The notes below the pieces were generated by a model. The model was not told where the DNA came from. It searched no databases and saw only the letters and a list, made by a program, of their open reading frames with translations. DNA of 60,302 nt, counting the filler, from Rhizaria sp. SCN 62-66 (Eukaryota): the NCBI GenBank assembly GCA_001724265.1. It is 5 parts of 5 records of this genome, joined end to end, with 100 filler letters (N's around TTAATTAATTAA, not from the genome) between each part and the next. Parts side by side here need not be neighbours in the genome. Positions count along the whole stretch, not along the records: positions 1 to 18,837 come from MEDY01000665.1; positions 18,938 to 30,202 come from MEDY01000666.1; 3 more parts are not named here. The stretch is one strand, 5' to 3'. Shown here in pieces: positions 10,601 to 21,900 of this stretch; position 1 is the stretch's first letter; each line of letters opens with the position of its first letter. The translations under genes and the position numbers were made by a program.

Positions 10601-13600
10601 CGTCGTCATCGCCGTCGCTTCCCTCATCGTCGTCGGCAGTGGCGAGCGCGGTGACGGCCAGCGCGTCGCGCAGCGACTCCCCTGTGTTGACGCCGCACAC
10701 ACCGGCACCGGCACTCGCGGCGGCGGCGGCGGCGGCGGCGGCGGAGGGCGCCGCCTTGGTGAGGGGCGACGCGATCACGAGGGCGCACAGCAGACGCAGC
10801 AGCGTCGCCGTCCCCGTCTCTGCAGCCGCCACAGTGTTGCTAGTGCAACTGTTGGAATTGCTGTCCCCGGCGCCAGACGCGGCGGCGATGGCGGCGAGCG
10901 GGGGCAGCGGCAGCGGGATCAGGGCCGGGCCCGCGGGCGCGTATGCCACGGCGACGGCGGCGACGGCGGCCGCGACGCCGCGGCCCTTGCGCAGCAGCGA
11001 CACGGGAGTTACGCGCACGCGTGCGACGCCGTAGTGACCGCTGGCGCCGCCACTCGAGCCTGCGGCCGCGGCCGCCGCGGCCGCCGCGGCCGTGAGCGTC
11101 GGCAGCGGCGGCGCCAGCGCCAGCGCCTGCGCTTGCTCCTGCCCGGTCTCACCGACAGAGAGCGTGAGCGTGAGCGGCCGCGCGTTGCGCATCAGCGCGT
11201 AGGCGAATGGCACGCCCGCGCCAGGTGCCACAGCAGTCGCGGCGGCCGCGGCGGGCGTGCCGGGCCGCGCCGACAGCGCCAGCAGCCGCTGCGCGGGCCG
11301 CGAGAGTGTAGCGGCGGCGGCCGCGGCCGCGGCGGCGCTGTGCTCGCGCAGAGCGTATGCGCGCGCGGCGGCCACGGCGGCCGCGAAGTGCTCGTTCGCG
11401 CTCACAGCGGTGCGCCGGGCGCTGCGTCGCGCGCTCTTTGTCGCCGCGAGAACAACGACGGCGGATGACGCAGCAGCAGTAGCAGCAGCGGCGGCAGAGG
11501 CGGCGGCAGAGGCGGGCGCTGGGCCGGTGGTAAAGACGCGCGCGGCGACGTGCTCCAGCTCAGTAAGCAACGACAGCAACGAGGCGTCGCCACGGTAGGT
11601 CGCGATGTCGCCCGTCGACAGCTCCAGCGCGTGCAGCGCGCTACGCCGGTCCAGCAGCGCGCGCGTGCTCACCGTCACCACGCTCGCGGCGCTGGCGGAC
11701 GCGCTAGAGGCGGAGGCGGCGGAGACTGAGACGGGCTCGAGCGCGGTGCCGGCCAGGGGCGTGAAGGCGGCGCGGTGCAGTGCCAGATAGCCGCTGAGCC
11801 CGGGCTCGAGGCGCGCAAGCAGAGGCAGCAGCGGGCCCTCCGGCGGCAGCGAGCCCACAAAGCAGTCTCCGCGCAGCGCAGCGCTCCTACCATGTGCCAA
11901 TGCGGGGAGTGAGACTGCGTCTGCGGCGCGCGGGCAGAGGCGCGGGCGCAGTAGCGGCGTGGGCAGCGCGGCGGCGACGTCGCCGGCGCTACCGGTGGGC
12001 CACGCGGGCGCGGCGAGCGGGAAGGCGGCGAGCGTGCCCAGCGCGGCCAGCGGGGAGCCCACCGCGAGCAGCGCAGAGAGCAGCGGCGCGCCGCACGATA
12101 GCGCCGCGGAGACGTCCACGGGCGAGTCCGCCAGCGGCGCCGCAGGGTGGCCGCTGCTGTTTCCAGCAGTGAGCAGCTTTTGGCGGCGGCGAAATGGCGA
12201 GATGGCGGCCAGCGGGTGCTGCGAGCGCAGGATGTAGCGCAGATACGGCCGCAGCAGCCGGCTGACCTTGCGGCCCAGCACGGACACTGCCACCACGTCG
12301 TTGGTCCCGTAGTCGCCCTCGTCGTCGCTGTCGTCGTCGCCCTCGTTGTCACCGTGACCGGTCGAGCTCTTGCCATCAGCGTCACGACTCTTGTCGCTGT
12401 CGTTGTTCTCAGCGGCGACTGCGGCGGTGAGAGCAGCGAGCAGCGCCTCCGCGGCAGTCTTGCTCTTGCTCCGACCGCTGCCAGCGGCAGCCCGAGCGCT
12501 GTGTGCGTTGCCGGCGTTGTTAAGCAGCGTCATGACGGCGCTGAGCAGGCCCAGCTCGTACCAGCGGCCCTCGCGGCGGTACGCCTCGCCAGCGGCCCAG
12601 CCAGACAGGGTGATCGCCGGCAGCCGCGCCACGCCGCCACGCACGGTCATTGGAGCGGCGCCGGCGCTACCACTAGGAAAGAGCAGCGCGCGCGGCGCGG
12701 GCATGCCGAGACCGGCGGCGGGCGAGGTGAGGTAGCAGTAGCGCTGCGTGAGCGACGAGAAGGACGACAGCCGGTAGTGCGACAGATACGTCTGCAGCAT
12801 CAGGTGCGGCGACGACGGCGCTGACAGCTGCAGCAGCCGCGCCCGCACGCGCGCAGCCGCTCTGTCCGCAGCGGTACTGCTACTTTTGTTGTTCAGTGCA
12901 GCACTGGTATCGCTGCGGCGCGCGGCGGCGAGCACGGCGTCGGTACCGGCGGGCGTGGCGGCGAAGGGCAGCGGCATGGCCTGCGCCAGGTGCGCGATGA
13001 CCCACACGTGGAGCGGCGAGAGGCGGCCGAAAGGCAGCAGCAGCGACAGGTCCGGCGTGGTCACGCCCGCGATGGGCGCGTTCGGCGAGTCGTTCGCGCT
13101 CGAGCTCGCGTTCACTGTGGCCGCGCCCGCCGCCGCAGTGGCCGAGGCGACCGCGGCAGAGAAGGAGTAGCTCTGCACCGACGGCGGCGCCGCGGGCAGC
13201 GCGCGCGCGTACGCAGGGAACTTGAAGTTATGCCGCGCGCCGTCCGTACCGCCCTCGGCGGTGGCGTCTTCGGGGTGGGCGGAAGCAAGGGCGGAGCGGT
13301 GGTGCGTGGTGAGCGGCTTGGACAGACCGAAAAAAGACAGATTGCCGCTCACGAGAGACGACATGAACTTCTTCTCAACGGCCCCAGCTCCAGCGCTTTG
13401 AGCAGCGCCACTAGAGTGAGTCGCGCCCTTCACGGCGGCGCCGGTGCTTTGCGCAGAGACGGAGCTGGAGCTGGCGGGCGCCGCGGGCGGTGGCACGGCG
13501 TTTTGCACGCGCAGCAGCAGTCCGCCGCGGACGAGCTGACGCACGAGCGGCGCGAAGTCGGGCAGCGCACCGCCCGCGGGACCGAAAAAGTCCGCCCCAC

Positions 13601-16600
13601 CCAACTCTTTCTTCGCCGCGTCCACGCCTGCGGCACCAGCGCCCAGGGTGGCGTCGTGGTGCTTGGCGAAAACCATCGCGAAGTACTTCTTCTGCGCAAC
13701 CGCGGGCGTGTCGGGAAGGTTCTCGATGAAGACGCCGCGCGTGGCCAGCGCAGTGACGAGGCACGCGCGCGCGGCGAGCGGGGCGCGGGGCAGCGCGGCG
13801 GCGACCAGGTCGGTCAGGAAGAAGGCCAGCGGGTTCGCGCGCGGGCGCGGGCACAGCAGGTGACCCGTGGGAGCGAGCAGCGTGTGCGCGAGGGACAGCG
13901 AGCCTGCCCAGGCGGCGAGGCCCGCGAAGTCGCAGTGGTCGCACAGGTAGCACAGGCGCGCGGCGGCCGAGAGCAGGGCCAGGCGCTGCGAGGGCGGCAG
14001 CGACAGGAACACCAGGGGCAGCGCTGAGGATGGCGCAGGTGTAAACGGAGCGAATGGGGCCTCGTCGTCACAGGCGGCGGGACTGCTCGCGGCAGATTCG
14101 CCGCCGGTGTGGAGCCAGGCGGCGGGGATCTCGGTGGCGAAGAACTCCTCGTCCACGGGGTTGAAGAGCAGGCGAGACGTAAAGGCGCCGGGCGCAAACG
14201 CGCGCAGCCGCGGCGCCGCAGCGGCGCTCTCACTGTCACGGTCACGGTCGCGGCCACGCTGCTGCTTCTTTGCCGTTTTCTGTTTCTGCCTCTTGAGATC
14301 GTCGTCCCCGTCACTCTCGGCGTCGGTGTCGTCCTCGGTGTCGGTGAGGACGACGACGCGCGGGCGCACGGGCCCCGGCGCGATGGTGAGGCGCTGCAGC
14401 GAGATGAGCGTCTCGGCGGGCGCAGTAGGCACGCGCGCGTCCACGTCAGTCACATCGCGCCGGTGCCGCAGAGCCAGCCACGACAGCCCGGCGTCCGCAG
14501 AACCATTACCGCTGCCGCCAATGCCAGCGGGGGACTGCGCCGACAGGGAGTCCGCGGAGGACGAGACGGGGGGCTGCGAGCGGGAGACAGGGAGACCGAC
14601 AAAAGCACCGTTGCTGCCCCTATTGTTGTCGTTGAGACTAACAGCACTGTCGGGAGCGGGGAGCGCAGGCAGACAGCCCTCATCGTCGTCATCAGCGATG
14701 CGACTGACGTTACCGTTCTGCTGCTGCTGCTGCAGTGCGGCCATGAGGCGCGCGGGCGACACCGAAGTCAGGCCGCCACCCTGGCCATCGGTGGACATGA
14801 AAGCGGCGGCCATCAGCACCGCGCCCGAGGCGGGGCCCGCGGGGCGGCCGCGCTTGGCAAATGCGCCCTCTTGCGGCGCCTCTTCGTCGTCGGCGGCGGC
14901 GTCCTTGCCTTCGGCGCTGTCGCCGTCCCTGCGCACGCGGTGTAGCGAGCACGTGCACTTGGCGTCCGCGCCGTTGTGATCACCCGCACTGTTGCTCAGT
15001 GTGAGGCCGAGAGCGGAGGCGTAGCGCGCGACCGCGGGCGACGGGGAGCCCGGGGCCGCGCCCGCCGCGGCGGCGATCGCGGCCGGATCAAACGGGCGCT
15101 CGTCGCTCGCGCTCGAAACACCGCCTGCGTTCGAGTGCGACGACGCGAGCTTCTTCTTGCCCGCTCTCAACACGGCCTCGCTCTTAGAGTTCGAAACATT
15201 AGCAGCGGCGGCGGCAGCGGCGGCGGCGGCGGCCTCCGTGCCGTGCACTGCGCAGGCCCTGCGGCGCGCGAGGTGGCGCCGCAGCCGCGGGTGGCCGCGC
15301 ATGACAGCGCGGACGCGGGTCAGTGCGAGCGGCACTGCGGCCGCGGCCAGCAGCCCCGCCGCGGCGGCCGTGGCGCCCGCGCCCTCCCCAGCGCCGCCCG
15401 CGGAGGCCGCGGCAGCGGCCGTGAAGGGGAGCGCGGTGAAGCGCGCGTGGCGGGCGGCGCCATCGGTGGGGGGCGCGACGCCCACGTCTGAGGGCGCGGT
15501 GCCGCCGCAGAGCGCGGCGTCCCGGTCCAGTAGTACGCGGAGGCGCGCATCGAGCGGCCACGCCAGCACGTCAGCGGCCGGCGTGGCGAAGTAGCCGTAG
15601 CCGGAGAAGCCAGGCACGCCCGCGGCGGCGCCGAACTCGGATGCGAGCGGGGGAGCGAAGGCGGGCGCCGTGGCGAGGCACGCCGCGCACACGTCCGTGT
15701 AGCCCGTCGACCGGTGCGGCAGAGAGTTCGGGTGGAAGGGCAGCCCCGCCGCGGCCGTAACCGCAGCCAGCCGTTCCGCGTCGCTCACGGGGACACCGTG
15801 CGCGCACACAGCCGCGGCGCCAGTACCGCTAGAGCCAGAGCCGCCAGTGCCGCTTGCGCCGGACGCAGCGGCGGCGTTCTTGGCGGCGACGGCGGCGTTG
15901 TGATGATGCACCGCGGCGGCGGCGGCGGCGTCGTTGTCGTGCGGCAGCAGCTGGCGCAGCATCGGCACCGAGTCGAAGAAGGCGTTCTCGCTGGGGTGCG
16001 GCGGGCGGTGCTGCGCCAGCGGGGACACCACGCCCGCCTCGACGTCGTGCACGTCGCCGACGCGCGCCAACCACGCCAGCCGCGACTGCGCGGGCGCCTC
16101 GGTGAACGACGACCACGACGCCGGCAGCGTCACGGCCACACCCGCCGCGGCGGCGGCCACGGCGGCCGCGGGCGCCGTGATTAGCTCGCCGCCCGTCGCG
16201 CCGCCCGCGCCCGGCAGCGAAAAGGTCACGATGGCCGCGGGCGCAGACGCGGCGGCAGCGGCGGCAGCCGCGGCGGCCGCAGCGGCGGCGGCGGCGGGCG
16301 TGTCCTCGGTCTCCGCGGCCGCGGCGGCCGAAGCGGCGGCGGCGGCGGCCGTGGCGGCACCGCGGGCGTGCGCCCGCCAGCCCGCGCGCAGCATGGCGTA
16401 GTGCAGCGCGAACGAGGCCGGGTCGGAGCCGGGCCGCGCGAAGCGGCCGTAGGCGCGCCGCACCGCCGGTCGCAGCGAGCGCAGCGCGGCGGCGTTCTGG
16501 AACGCCGTCTGCTGAGACTGTGCATGTGACTGTTGCTGATGACGACGGTTAATATTGCCGTTGAGAGTGTCATCGTCGTCGTCGTCAGCAAAGCCGTCGA

Positions 16601-16608
16601 CGTCGTCA

Positions 16609-16653
<45 letters not shown>

Positions 16654-18836
16654 GCAATGGCGAGCAGCTCGTCGAGCGAGTCCTCGCCGACCCCCGGCTC
16701 GGCCTCGGCCGCCACGCACGACGCCGTGTCGGCCACGGCCGCGCCCGCCGCGGCGGCCGCAGCGACCGCGGCCGCAGCGGGCGCGAGCGAGACACCCGCG
16801 CGCTGCGCGACGCTGAGGAAGCGGCTGGGCCCCTGCAGCGGCAGCCGCGGGCGGTCGAGCAGCCGCGCGCACGGCGCCGCGCCCGCCACTGCTGGGGCCA
16901 CGTCCAGGAAGGTCACCTCGGCGTGGCTCTGCGCCTGGCGCAGCGAGGCCTCATCCTCCGACGACGCGGACTCCGCGGCAGCGGCGGCGGCGGCAGCGGC
17001 GGCGGAGGCGGCGAGCGACGCGGCTGTAGAGGCTGAGGCCGAGGATGCCAAAGCGGCCGCAGCAGACGCCGACGACGGGAGCTGCGAGAGCAGGTTGGCG
17101 AGCGCGGGAGTGGCCGACGCGGCGGCGGTCGCAGCGGCGGCGGAAGCGGCGGCCGTGGCGGCGGCTGCGGCGGCCGCGGCCGAGGCGGCGGAGTCGGCGG
17201 CGTCGCCACCCACCGCGCCCGCAGCGGCCGCAGCGCCGGCGCCGGCGGAGGAGGCGGCCGCGGGCGCGAAGGCCGAGGCCGAGGCCAAGGACGCCGGGAC
17301 CGGGGCCGCGGTCGTCGACGACAGCGTCGCCACCGACGCCGAGGAGGACTGCAGTGACGGCAGCGGCGGCATCAGCGAAGCCGGAATGCCTGCGGCCTGT
17401 GCCTGCGAGAGCAGTATGGACTCGAGCTGGCCCGCGGCAGCCGCGGCAACAGCGGCGGCGGCGGTGGCAGCGGCGGTCGCGGTCGCCACCGAAGCGGCCG
17501 CCGAGCCAGCGCCCCCGCCAGCGTTGGGGCCAGAGCCGGCGGTGGCAGCAACGGAGCCGGAACCAGCGCCTGCATTAGCGCCGGCCGAGCCGGGCTTGCC
17601 GTCCGCCCTCTGGCCCTGGCCCTGCTGCTGCGGGCCCTGCTTCCCCTGCCCCTGTCCCTGCCCTTGCTGCTGCGCAGCGGCCTGCGACCCCTGCCCCTGC
17701 TGTGCGTCGCCGCCCTGCCCCGCTGCCGCGCCGTCGGCCGCCGCCGCGCCACGCTGCCTCTGTCGCGCCTGATGCTGCTGCTGCTGTTGCTGCTGTTGCT
17801 GTTGCTGCTGCTGGCGGAGCTCCGCCGCGGTCACCAGCACGGGCGCGTTGGCGGCGTGCGTCAGCCGGCCCGAAAGCAGCGCGTCGGCGGCGGCGCGCGC
17901 GTGGAAGCCCGCGCCGTTTGCACCACTGCCACCGCCGCTGCCGCTGCTGCTGCCGCTGCTGCTGCCGCCGGCATGAGAGCCGCCGCGGCGTTGGGTCGGG
18001 AAAATGGGCCGGGAGCCGTCGCCGGCGCGGCCCGCGGCCGAGGCGGGCTCGGACTCGTCGAAAAGGTATTTGAAGTCGTCTCGAACGCCGCCGCGGGACT
18101 CTGTGTTGGCAGTCGTTGTGCTATGAGCGTCGTCTTCATTAGCGTCGTCATCGTCGTCGTTGTTGCCAGCCTTGCCGCGCGCACTCGCAGTGGCAGCAGC
18201 AGCGGCGGCAGCAGCGGCGGCGGCAGCGCGTTGTTGTTGCTTAGTCGAGGTGAGCACAGCGCCAGCAGCGAGAATAAAGTCGTCATTGTCGTCGTCCTCG
18301 TCGTCGTTCTGGCCGCCGCTCTTGACCTCGGCCTCCGAGGCAGCGCCGCCGCCGCCAGTGCGCCCGCCCGCCGCGGCCGCGAGCGCCGAGGCCGCCGCGC
18401 TGGCGATGGCAACGAGCTCACCGTCGTTCGATCCGGCGGCCGAAGGCAGCAACAGCTCCGCCGCCGAGGCCGCCGCGGCGCCCGCGCCCGCCGCTGCGGC
18501 GCCCGCAGGGGGCACATAGGCGCCGGGCAGCAGCGGCGCGCTCGCAGCAGGTGAGCCGAGGGACCTCTCTGCGGCGGCCGCGGCGGCGACCGAGTGGGCC
18601 GAATGTGCCATCGCCGCGGCGGAAGCCGACAGCGACGATAGCGTGATCGGCCAGCCGAGGCCCGTCAGCACGCCTGCGCCGGCACCGGCGTTGGCCCCCG
18701 AGCCGGCGGCGGCGGCGGCGGCGGCGAGCGCGGGCGCCGGGCGCACCGGCAGCGTTGCAAAGCCGCCGCTGGCGCCGACCGCGCGGGCACCCGAGCCAGG
18801 GCCCAGGCCGGCGGCCGCGGCGGCGGCCACGTCGGC
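4614..18836 (-). CDS. Giant Ala-rich spatacsin (SPG11)-like protein, main ORF, 5' truncated at the contig end
   Basis: About 4,740 uninterrupted codons. Islands of ordered sequence collinear with recalled human spatacsin motifs: YLCDHCDFAGLAAWAG (cf. YLTARHDWLNIILWIG), LVTALATRGVF...DFAPLVRQLVRGG (cf. ILDKLARNGVF...DFECFLLRLSRIGG), HLMLQTYLSHYRL (cf. HLLYVYLDCYKL), ALLAVGSPLAALGTL (cf. SMLLEGHTLLALATT), ALELSTGDIATYRGD (cf. FLELLGLDSLKLRVD). The CDS is well supported; the family call is from memory. Confidence 0.65.
17775..17813 (-). repeat. Coding CAG/CAA trinucleotide repeat (poly-Gln, Q13)
   Basis: 13 consecutive CTG/TTG triplets on the + strand, inside the giant ORF. Confidence 0.9.
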
Positions 18837-18837
18837 G

Positions 18838-18937
18838 NNNNNNNNNNNNNNNNNNNNNNNNNNNNNNNNNNNNNNNNNNNNTTAATTAATTAANNNNNNN
18901 NNNNNNNNNNNNNNNNNNNNNNNNNNNNNNNNNNNNN
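18838..18937. other. Artificial contig linker N44-TTAATTAATTAA-N44
   Basis: Identical 100-nt structure occurs four times; TTAATTAATTAA places stops in all six frames. Confidence 0.99.
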
Positions 18938-18938
18938 C

Positions 18939-21900
18939 GTGGCCGAGGCCGACGCTGCGGCGGTGCGGCGCGACGCGCTCGCGCGCGTGCGCGCCGAGGC
19001 CGCCGCGCGGGCCGATGCCGGCGCAGCGCGCGCTGAGGCTGAGGCCGCAAGCGAACGCGCCGCCGCGGCGGAAGCTGCGTCTGCGGCCGCGCGCGCGGCG
19101 CTGCTGGCGAGCCAGGCAGCGGCGCGGGAGGCGCAGGCCGCGCGCCGCGCCGCGCTCGACGCCGCCGACGCAGCCACTAAGGACGCGGTTGCGGCGCGCA
19201 AGGAAGCTGAGCGGGCCTCTGCAGCTGTTGCGAGCGAGGTCACTGCTGCCGAGGCCGCGCGCGAGGCTGCCGAGGCCGCGGCGGCCACTGCGCGCGCTGA
19301 GTTGGCGCTGGCGCGGGGCGAGATTGCGGCCGTGCGCGAGAGCGAGCGCACGGCCAAGGCTGCTGCGGCTGCTGCGCGCGCGACTGCGGCCGCGGCGACC
19401 GAGGCTGAGGCTGCGTCAGGCGAGGCGGCTGCGGCCGCACAGGCCGGTGAGGCCGCTGCCAAGATCAAGCTCGCCGCCGCGCTCGCCGCCGCCACCGCTG
19501 CGCAGACCCGCGCCGAGGAGGCCGAGGCTGCGCTGGCTGCGGCCGAGAGCGCGGGCGTCGAGAGCCGCCGCGACGGGTCCACCGCCGCGAAGCGCGCTGC
19601 TGCTGCGGCTGCGCAGGCGGAGACTGCGGCTGAGGAGGCTGCTGCGGCGACGGCGGAGGCCACGGCCGCGCACGCTGACGCCGCGCGGGCACGCGCCGCT
19701 GTTGCCGCCGCCGAGGCGCGCGCTGCCGCCGCGGAGACCGCGCTGAAGGCCGCCGAAACTGAGTCCGCGGCCGCTCTGGCGGCGGCCGCGCTGGCGACGA
19801 CTGCCGCGCGAAGCAGCGAGACCGCGCGCAAATCGTCTCAGGCGCAGGCAGCAGCTGCGAGCGAAGAGGCTATGGCCGCGCGCGCCGAGGCCGCTGCTGC
19901 CGTGGCCGCTGCGACTGCTGCTGAGGCCGCCGCAGCACGGTCTACTGCGGAGGCTGAGGGCGCGCGTGCTGAGCTCGCGCAGCTGGCTCAGCGTCTGTCC
20001 GTGGCCGACGTGGCTGTGGAGCGCTTGCAACGTGCTGCGGACGAGGCTGGTGCGGCGGCATCTACTGCGGAATCCAAGTTAGCTGCTGCTGAAGCTAAGG
20101 CTGCCGCTGCAGAGGCGAAGGCCGCTGACACCCATCACAAGGCTGCTGTTGCTGAACAAAAGCTTTCCGCAACTGAAGACATGGTTGCCGCGCTAGAGAA
20201 GAAGGTTGCTGATGCCGAGGATCGGACTGCTGCTGCCGAAGACAGGGCTGTCACTGCTGAGGAAAAGGCCACTGCTGCTGAAAGCAGGGCTGATGCTGCT
20301 GAGACCAAGATTGAGGCGCTATCTGCCGTTCTCGTTGCTATGCGTGCTGAGGCTGTCGCTGCTGTCGAGGCCTCTGCCGCCGCTCTCCGTGATGCCGTCA
20401 CCGCGGCCGCCGAACGTGAAACTGCCGCTGCCGCTGCCGCTGCCGCTGCAGCTGCCGCTGATGCTGCTGGTGCTGATGTCGACGCTGCTGTGCGTGATGC
20501 TGAGAACGCTCGCACCGAAGCAGAGGCTGCCCGCGCTGAGGCTGCCGTTGCGCGCTCTGAGGCCGAGGCTGCCGTTGCTGCTGCCACTGCGGCGCGCGCT
20601 GAGGCTGAGGCTGATGCCGCACAGTCACGGACCGCTCTCGACAACGCCCAGGAGGCGCTGAACTCAGCGACCGCCGCCGCTGCGACCGCTGAAGCTGCGC
20701 TGTTTGCAGTGCAGACTGACCTGTCAGCCGTCCAGTCCGAGCTCGCCGCCACTGCGGCCGCGCGCGACGCCGCTGAGAGCGCGCTGAGCGAGTCTGAGGC
20801 ACAGCGCCGCGCGCTGGCGGCCGCGTTGGATTTTGCGAACGGAGACGGGGAAAGCGCGGCGACCCGTTTTGCAGCCGCTGAGGCACGTTGCACCGAGCTG
20901 GAATCGGCTGTTGCTGAGGCTGAGGCGCGCGCGCGTACTGCAAGCGCTGGGCGCGATTCATTTGAGAGCGCTCATACTGATTCTGAGCGTAAGTTCTCCG
21001 AGTCTGAAAGCAAGTGCGCCGAATTCGAGCGCCAATGCGCGGCGCTCGCGCTTCAGTGCGGCGCACTGGAGGCGTTGAGCGAGGAGCGCCAGGCACTCTG
21101 CGAGCGCGCTGAGGCTGAACGTGCCACTGCTGTTGCCGCAGTTGCTGAGAGCGAGTCGAAGTGGGACGAGCTGCAGACCAAGTACACTGAACTTGAGTCT
21201 AACAACGCCGCGGCGCAACGCGAAAAGCAAGATGCGCTCGCTAAGTGTCAGATGTTTGAGTTGCGTTGCGAGGAGATGACGGTGCAGTGCGCCGAACTCG
21301 AGGCCAAGTGTGGTGATGGCGCGGCCGAGAACAGCACGCTGCTGCTTAAGGTTAGCGCGCTCGAGGCGAAGTGCAGCGAACTTGAAGCGCGCGGTAGCGG
21401 TGAGCGCAGTGCGGGCGACGTTGATCTCGCTGCGAAGTACAGCGAGTTGGAGTTCAAGTACGACAACGTTAACTCCGAGTACACCAAGCTCCTATCTGAG
21501 CACCTTGCGCTTGAAAATGCGAGCAGCGAGCTCGAGCTTAAGTGCGCAGACCTTGCGAAGGCACGTGATGCTGCAGGCGCCTCCTGCGCTGCTGCAGAGG
21601 GTGACTGTGCGACCGCAGCCGCTGCGTGTTCTACCGCAGAGGCTGCGTTTGCAGCGAGTGAAAACGCACGAGACGAAGCTGAGGCCGCTTGCGTGCGTCT
21701 TGAAGAGAAGCTTGCTGAGAGCGAGAATCAGCGCATGGAGCTTGAGAAGACAGTTGCTGAGATGCAAAGCGAAGCTGACGGTTTGTGGGAGAAGCTTGCA
21801 GACACTGAGAGTGAGATCGCTGTGCTGGTTGCGCAGCGCGAGGCCTTCGAGTGCGAATGCGAGGAGCTGCGCCAGCAAACTGCGCGTGGCGACTCTGAGG

